A DNA stretch of 64,000 nt, taken from contig CAJUKA010000016.1 of assembly GCA_910586585.1 (NCBI GenBank), forward strand, positions 1,931 to 65,930. Direction: 5' to 3'. Below, one piece after another: positions 58,177-64,000 of the stretch. How positions within the stretch are numbered: position 1 is the stretch's first letter; each line of letters opens with the position of its first letter. Position numbers and translations under genes: made by a program. Origin of the DNA: an uncultured Lachnospiraceae bacterium. GTDB taxonomy: Bacteria; Bacillota; Clostridia; Lachnospirales; Lachnospiraceae. The notes beneath the pieces were generated by a model that made no database searches, was not told where the DNA came from, and saw only the letters and a program-made list of their open reading frames with translations.

Positions 58177-58939
58177 CCCTGCATCTCCTCCTGAATCCTG
58201 CCATAACCGCCACAGCAGCGGCAAAAAGCCAGATACACTCTGCCGCAACCGACAGCAAATGCCCTATATCGTCTCCACGCACCAGCAGGGCGGGATTTAA
58301 ACAGTTGGGCATCAATATATAAAGAGCTTGGTATAAGACAAAGGGTGCAATCAGTGACACATACTTATTTGGCATCCACACCGCAAACGCCAATCCCACC
58401 AAAGCCCATGTAGCTCCGAACAGAAACCCCAGCAACACTTTGACTGCCACCATCATGCCAAGTCCATAGTTCTGACCTATCGCCACCATTTCGATATTTG
58501 TCTCCACCCTCAAAACATTCACTCCCGAAGCGTCCAATCCCAGGAAATTGGCATCAGCCACACCCGGCGACTCCAGATACACAGCCACAAGACATACGAA
58601 AAGATAAGGAAGCGCAACGATGACTCCTCCCGAAAGCGCAACACTGATAATTCGAATTTGGGCAAATTTCTGCGGTTTCATACGGGCAAGAACCAGCCTG
58701 TAATACCCGCTCTCATACTCCCCGCAAAAGCAAGCCGCATACCCCAACACTGGAAACACAGGCAGAAACACGGTAAAACCCGATGTGGCCAGTATATTCA
58801 CGATAGCATAATAGGGACTACCCGAATGAAACGATTCTGTGATAAAATTATACATAAGCAATGCTCCAAGGCCAAAAATACCCGCAAAAAATCCCGAAGT
58901 CGCAAAGCTTCTTTTGATATCCATCCATAGAAATTTCAT
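58169..58939 (-). CDS. Membrane protein (ABC permease-like)
   Basis: TM helices; FCGEYESGYYRLVLAR; NKYVSLIAPF. Confidence 0.75.
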   Translation of the reverse strand: MKFLWMDIKRSFATSGFFAGIFGLGALLMYNFITESFHSGSPYYAIVNILATSGFTVFLPVFPVLGYAACFCGEYESGYYRLVLARMKPQKFAQIRIISVALSGGVIVALPYLFVCLVAVYLESPGVADANFLGLDASGVNVLRVETNIEMVAIGQNYGLGMMVAVKVLLGFLFGATWALVGLAFAVWMPNKYVSLIAPFVLYQALYILMPNCLNPALLVRGDDIGHLLSVAAECIWLFAAAVAVMAGFRRRCRDE

Positions 58940-58985
58940 ATACCTTCTCACACTCTCTATCAATTTCCTTCTTTTATCAATGTTC

Positions 58986-60209
58986 CTAGTCAGCCTCTTC
59001 CAGTTCCCCTGTGACTGCGTTCACACATATGTGGACTGGCCCCACGGCATCGCCATAGTCTCCCTCCACATATTCGTCAAGGGGCATATAGATATGCCAT
59101 ATGGGCATAAGCACCAATTCGGGTTTATACTCTATCTCATCCAAAGCAGGCGCGGAATTGGGCACTGGATAATAATTTAATTCCACTCTATCGTATATGA
59201 TCGTACCATCCGATTCTAGTATACCGCTATCCAGATACTGTTCCAATATTTCCAGAACCTGCTCAAAAGAAATCACCGTGACAGGCTCTTTATTCGTCAC
59301 CCTTCCACAGAAATTGGTAAGGGTGACCTCCGCCACGCCCTCCCCGGAAACAATTGCATACCCATTTGGCGATACCTGTCCCAGCGCATAGCTGTCGGCT
59401 CCGATGTCCACCGCGATTCCATCATAAGCGGGCACAAACTCCATCTGGTAAAAGCTGGAATCATCACCCTCAATATAATATATTTTCTGAAAAGCAAGCT
59501 CACTTACTCCCACGGCTTTCAGCTTGTCCAGAAGTATTTCCCTGGCCCTGCCTGCCGAAAAGCTGCCTTCATCCATCCCCTCCTGGGAAACGAGCGTTTC
59601 TTTGTCATCCTTACTGTATCCCTCATCCTTACTGTACACCTCGAAATATTTTTCCCTTAACCCATAATTCAAATAATACGCTGATGTATGATGCGAAAAC
59701 GATGCCTCCTTTTTCCTGTCGCCAAGCCGGTTCGCGCTATGGTCACCGAATTTGGAGTATAAAAATCTTTCGCCGTTTTCATCAGGGGTACTGTTATATC
59801 TGTCGCTCTCCTCTATCTCCTGTAAAAGTTCCTGAGAAGTGTCCTCTACGCTGCCGCTTTCGCTGTCAAGAAAGGCGAGCAGAATATCCTTGTCAAGCCC
59901 CTCGTCCGGCTTCATCGTAATGATGTACAGTTGATCAGGCAGCGCGGGAATTTCGGCGTTTATGTTTATAATATTATTGTCTGTGCCTACCGTGCCCTGA
60001 TATTGGCCTGCCTCCTTATCAAGCCCGTCTCCCGCTTGCATCTGCTCCTGTGAGCATTCTGCAGCAATGCCCTGCACCTGCTTTTCCATATCGCCTTGCG
60101 CGTGCATAATGCCATTTTTCTCCACCACATCTGGTGCTTTCTGACAGCCGGTAAGACCAAACATACAAAGCACTGCCGCTATCGTGAAACATAAACTCTT
60201 CCTTCTCAT
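58986..60209 (-). CDS. Lipoprotein (DUF6034-like), first gene of the ABC operon
   Basis: Lipobox LTGC; C-terminal LMPIW...VNAVTGE; GGAGG RBS. Confidence 0.75.
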   Translation of the reverse strand: MRRKSLCFTIAAVLCMFGLTGCQKAPDVVEKNGIMHAQGDMEKQVQGIAAECSQEQMQAGDGLDKEAGQYQGTVGTDNNIININAEIPALPDQLYIITMKPDEGLDKDILLAFLDSESGSVEDTSQELLQEIEESDRYNSTPDENGERFLYSKFGDHSANRLGDRKKEASFSHHTSAYYLNYGLREKYFEVYSKDEGYSKDDKETLVSQEGMDEGSFSAGRAREILLDKLKAVGVSELAFQKIYYIEGDDSSFYQMEFVPAYDGIAVDIGADSYALGQVSPNGYAIVSGEGVAEVTLTNFCGRVTNKEPVTVISFEQVLEILEQYLDSGILESDGTIIYDRVELNYYPVPNSAPALDEIEYKPELVLMPIWHIYMPLDEYVEGDYGDAVGPVHICVNAVTGELEEAD

Positions 60210-60360
60210 ACTGATACCTCCCTGTAAGATTCGTTTGTGTTCTGCCATGCCTGCTTTTGACCGACCTTTGAAATTGTAAAAAGACTTTCTTATTTATGGT
60301 CAGACAATTCCTTTTCGCATGTCTTTCAAAGCATACCACATAAATAGGAGGTTTTTTGAA

Positions 60361-60394
60361 TTTTGCCGAAATTCTACCATATTTTTGCCGAAAT
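60361..60394. promoter_or_regulatory. LytTR-type tandem direct-repeat binding site
   Basis: TTTTGCCGAAAT at 60361-60372 and 60383-60394 (22-bp period), upstream of the operon and next to a LytTR regulator. Confidence 0.7.
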
Positions 60395-60397
60395 CAG

Positions 60398-60436
60398 ATT
60401 TGGGGAAGCGTTGGTCAGACCTACGTTTCCCCAAAT
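60398..60436 (-). terminator. Hairpin directly after the histidine kinase stop codon
   Basis: ATTTGGGGAAGCGT...ACGTTTCCCCAAAT. Confidence 0.55.
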
Positions 60437-61689
60437 TACAATTCATTTATATACATTATGATATCGGTTTCCAGATATCCGTTTTCACATATCAGATCCA
60501 TATCTCCATGATATTTTTCAATAATTCTCTGCACATTGCCCAAGCCGATTCCATGGTTTAGCGCATCCTCCTTTGTGGTTTCCAGACGCTTTAACCTTCC
60601 ATTCTTAATTCCTAGGCAGCTATTGTGGATATGAATAAACAAAATTCCCTTCTCAAGTTTGATTGTCATTTTCAGCTCTTTTTCTTCTGTCTGAACTGCT
60701 GCCTCTATTGCGTTATCAAGCAGATTCCCCAATACCACATTCAAGTCAAAAGAATGCAGCATCAGTTTTTCTGGTATATTTACCCTTGCCTCCACCACGT
60801 TTAGAATCTCATTTGCCCTCTGCAGCTTATAGTTCAGCAAGCCATCAACAGATTCGTTTCCCGTGGCAATATACTCTGACGGATTCGCCATAAAATCCTG
60901 CATGAAATCAAGATATTTACAGGCTTTTTCAAAATCCTTTTTCTGCAAAAGCAGTTGAAGCGCTATGATGTGGTTTTTCATATCATGCTTTAATGCCCGG
61001 ATACGCCCCTGAGATTCCATGATGACATCCAACTGATTTTGGTATATGAACGTCTGTTGCCGATATATATCATTTTCCCTTAACTTCCTATAGTTTTCCG
61101 CCATCATATGATAAAGATAAAATATGCCCAAGTTAATAATAAGTATGGATATACATATCAGCATAGGCGCAACACCCTCATATCTTCCATACAGCAAAAC
61201 ACATAAAATAAATGTACTTGCTGCGGGAACCATAATCAGAATGCAGGTCTGCTTTTTATCAAACACGATTTCCCCGCTGTCCGCCGGATAAGTTATATGG
61301 TCGATTAATGTGACACAGATCAGGAGCAAAAGTGTCCGGACTGCCTGTTGATGCTCGATAAGCTTCTGAGCAAAAGCAAAATACACCACAAGGGCACATG
61401 CCAGATCAGTAGCAAATATCGCAAGCGACACCCAGAACCGTTTTTTCCATGACCCCTGATAAAAAAGGGTTAGTCCTATAATACTCAGATAATTACAGAT
61501 ACCATATACCGCTGCTCGATGGAAAATACTAATTAGTACAATCGTCAGCAAATAATAGCACACAAAAACAGTTCCCATCTTTTTTTTGTTTTCATCAGCT
61601 GCAGGCAGAAACAGTTCCATCATTTTCCTAATCAGCAGAACCTGCAGGATATTGATAATCAGCTCAGATATGATGCTATAACTCACCAT
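60436..61689 (-). CDS. AgrC/VirS-like GHKL sensor histidine kinase
   Basis: Multi-TM N-terminus; LKHDMKNH; GNLLDNAIEA; HGIGL. Confidence 0.92.
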   Translation of the reverse strand: MVSYSIISELIINILQVLLIRKMMELFLPAADENKKKMGTVFVCYYLLTIVLISIFHRAAVYGICNYLSIIGLTLFYQGSWKKRFWVSLAIFATDLACALVVYFAFAQKLIEHQQAVRTLLLLICVTLIDHITYPADSGEIVFDKKQTCILIMVPAASTFILCVLLYGRYEGVAPMLICISILIINLGIFYLYHMMAENYRKLRENDIYRQQTFIYQNQLDVIMESQGRIRALKHDMKNHIIALQLLLQKKDFEKACKYLDFMQDFMANPSEYIATGNESVDGLLNYKLQRANEILNVVEARVNIPEKLMLHSFDLNVVLGNLLDNAIEAAVQTEEKELKMTIKLEKGILFIHIHNSCLGIKNGRLKRLETTKEDALNHGIGLGNVQRIIEKYHGDMDLICENGYLETDIIMYINEL

Positions 61690-62404
61690 ATATTTCTGCT
61701 CTCCGATATCGCTTTATTTTTTCTCTGATTTCTTTCCGATATGGCTTGCTGATACTTAAAACAGTTCCATTGAACATTTTCACGTAGTCATAGGAGTATT
61801 CACAGACGTATAACTGATTAATAATATAAGATTTGTGTATCATCATAAAATCGGCAGGAAGTTCTTCCATGATATTTTTCAGCTTTCCATAAAATTCCTC
61901 TTCGCCGTTTCCGGTGGTAAGTCGAATTTTCTTATCCATACTTGTAAAATAGGCAATATCCTTTGTAGGAATTCTAAATATTGCACCCCCTTTTTGGTAC
62001 TCAAAGTAACTTTTAAGGCTTTGCTTCTGCCTGATGCTTCTGATAAGAACTTCCTTTATCTGCTCACTGGATATGGGCTTTACCAGAAAATCAAGAGGCT
62101 GAATCTTGAACAACTGCATTGCGTATGTCTGTTTGGAAGAAATGTATACAATATGGGTATGGATGTCCTCCATCTCATTACGGATAAACTTCCCTACTAA
62201 TATACCATCTGCCTGTACCAATTCAATGTCCAAAAAAATCAAGTCCAACTGTGCGCCTTTGTGCAAATCATTCAATACACTTTCACCAGAATACCAAACT
62301 GCAACATCTGCTTTTATTGACAATTCGCTTGCTATAAAATAAATCTGTTCTTCTAATCCAGAACATAGTTCTTTGTCATCGTCACAGATTCCAATCCTAT
62401 ACAT
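61676..62404 (-). CDS. LytTR family response regulator
   Basis: ICDDD; IFLDIEL; FLVKP; IHKSYIIN. Confidence 0.93.
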   Translation of the reverse strand: MYRIGICDDDKELCSGLEEQIYFIASELSIKADVAVWYSGESVLNDLHKGAQLDLIFLDIELVQADGILVGKFIRNEMEDIHTHIVYISSKQTYAMQLFKIQPLDFLVKPISSEQIKEVLIRSIRQKQSLKSYFEYQKGGAIFRIPTKDIAYFTSMDKKIRLTTGNGEEEFYGKLKNIMEELPADFMMIHKSYIINQLYVCEYSYDYVKMFNGTVLSISKPYRKEIREKIKRYRRAEIYGEL

Positions 62405-62529
62405 GCATCATTCCCTCTTCTGTAAAACATAAATTCATCAATAGTATGATACCACATTGCGTTTTTATTAGCCATATCCATCGCCTCTTTGGTTGCCTGA
62501 TATTCTACAAAGCAATCAAATATCCTGAG

Positions 62530-63495
62530 TTATTTTCTTACCTCATAGCCTAAGGTACGAACCAATTCCATATCTGCAGCGGCGGTAATGCCTGCTGTTG
62601 TCAGCATGTCCCCGGTAATCGCGGCATTCGCTCCACTTTGAAAACATTTTTCTCCTTTATCACCAATAAGTCCTCTACCTCCGGCAAGCCTGATATCTCC
62701 ATCCGGTATGATAAAACGGAAGATTGCAATGATACGACAAAATTCATCTTTTGTAAGAATGCTATTCTTTTCAAAAGGCGTTCCTTTTATAGGATTTAAA
62801 AGATTAACAGGAACAGACTTCACCCCTAATTTTCTTAATGTCAGTGCCATGTCTATCCGATCTTCCATTGTCTCGCCCATCCCTACAATACCGCCGGAAC
62901 ACACACTGAATCCTACACTTTGGGCCGCTTGGATGGTTGCTATTTTTTCATCATAAGTATGTGTGGTACAAACTTTTGGAAAGAAATTACGAGAGGTTTC
63001 TAGATTGCAATGCACTCGCGAAGCACCTGCTTCCTTTAGCTTTTGAAACTGTTTTTCCTCCAATAATCCAAATGATACACAAACCGCAATATCTACTTGT
63101 CTGCGAATTTCACGGATACTCTCGCACACCTGATCCACTTCTTTGTCACACAAACATCTTCCCGATGTAACGATAGAATATCGAAGAACGCCTTGATCCT
63201 TGTTATATCTGGCACCTTCTAAAAGCTCTTTTGTTGATAAAAGAGGATAGCTGTCTTGACAATTTGTATGGTAGTGTGCACTCTGAGCACAATATTTACA
63301 GTCCTCTGAGCATTTTCCACATTTTCCGTTGATAATTGTACACATATCAAACCGATTTCCGCACATTTTATCCCGAATCTCATTCGCCGCTGCTGTCAGC
63401 TCCTCTAATGGCTCATTTGCAAGTACAATTGCCTCATCTCTTGTAATCTCAAAACCCGAATATATTTTTTGTTTGAATTCTTCTGTAAAATGCAT
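62530..63495 (-). CDS. bioB: Biotin synthase
   Basis: CSEDCKYCAQS; HCNLETS; CSGGIVGMGE; VPVN; RLAGGR. Confidence 0.95.
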   Translation of the reverse strand: MHFTEEFKQKIYSGFEITRDEAIVLANEPLEELTAAANEIRDKMCGNRFDMCTIINGKCGKCSEDCKYCAQSAHYHTNCQDSYPLLSTKELLEGARYNKDQGVLRYSIVTSGRCLCDKEVDQVCESIREIRRQVDIAVCVSFGLLEEKQFQKLKEAGASRVHCNLETSRNFFPKVCTTHTYDEKIATIQAAQSVGFSVCSGGIVGMGETMEDRIDMALTLRKLGVKSVPVNLLNPIKGTPFEKNSILTKDEFCRIIAIFRFIIPDGDIRLAGGRGLIGDKGEKCFQSGANAAITGDMLTTAGITAAADMELVRTLGYEVRK

Positions 63496-63509
63496 CCATC
63501 CGCCTCCAA

Positions 63510-63539
63510 TGTTAACTTATTTTTTATAATAGGTTAACA
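63510..63539. promoter_or_regulatory. BirA operator
   Basis: TGTTAAC-N16-GTTAACA immediately upstream of the bioB RBS; matches the Firmicute BirA box. Confidence 0.8.
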
Positions 63540-63587
63540 GTTGTGAGGCTAGAAGTCAATACAAAATCATATTGTATTAAACTACTG

Positions 63588-63723
63588 GTAACAGTTCAGC
63601 CTCCGGCTTCCTGTTACGGCATCAAGCCATGCAAAACCACTTCGTGGTGGCTTGATGCATCTCAGCCGCTATGCGTTCTTACGGACTTTGCAGTAAATGC
63701 AAAGTCCTAGGATGAACTATTAC
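63588..63723 (+). mobile_element. MITE family B, copy 2 (136 bp) with a 6-bp flanking direct repeat CTACTG
   Basis: GTAACAGTTCAG...TGAACTATTAC; CTACTG at 63582-63587 and 63724-63729. Confidence 0.82.
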
Positions 63724-64000
63724 CTACTGCTTATATTTTTCTACAATTTCAGTCAGTGCATCCCATTTCTTTTCCATATCAGCTACCAGTTTAAACTGTG
63801 TTCGTGCTCTGTCCAAATTATGTCCTTCTCTGTGAATCTTGAAGTAACTGTCGCCGTCTAAGAAATCTGCAAGAAAACGGATACCACACTCATAAGTCAT
63901 CAGCTTCGCTCCCATTGGAAGCATCTCGATTTCTTTCTGTGTAAGGCTTCCGCCGCATCCCTCCAGAAATCCTTTTGTAAATGCTTCAAACAAGTCTAAA
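63724..64000 (-). CDS. APH-family phosphotransferase (N-acetylhexosamine kinase-like), C-terminal part
   Basis: MTYECGIRFLADFLDGDSYFKIHREGHNLDRARTQFKL. Confidence 0.8.
   Translation of the reverse strand, partial: LDLFEAFTKGFLEGCGGSLTQKEIEMLPMGAKLMTYECGIRFLADFLDGDSYFKIHREGHNLDRARTQFKLVADMEKKWDALTEIVEKYKQ

Noticed and set aside
59605..59637. 18-bp tandem duplication in the lipoprotein gene (YSKDEG/YSKDDK)
   Set aside because: A single in-frame micro-duplication with no evidence of phase variation.

Overview
A low-GC Firmicute chromosomal window, most likely Lachnospiraceae (inferred from the cmk-ispH-rpsA-cheR order, the rnfCDGEAB operon and the Na+-decarboxylase operon). Core blocks are dac/ppk2, sigV-rsiV, rnf, rpiR-baiN-cmk-ispH-rpsA-cheR, a biotin/Na+ decarboxylase operon and bioB. 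Between them lie accessory patches with many deletion-scarred pseudogenes. The most notable items are: (1) an XRE HTH fused to a full-length but catalytically degenerate PurM (AIR synthetase) domain, upstream of a heterodimeric ABC exporter and a GNAT; (2) a translationally coupled P-loop ATPase plus a degenerate-NTPase/TPR-array protein with freshly duplicated 126-bp repeats; (3) three families of about 136-155 bp MITE-like elements with visible target-site duplications, one nested in another and one splitting an Fe-S gene; (4) a hybrid transcarboxylase-like/Na+-pump operon with a structured repeated leader. I found no tRNA, rRNA or CRISPR array. All family assignments come from motif recognition by eye, not from database searches.
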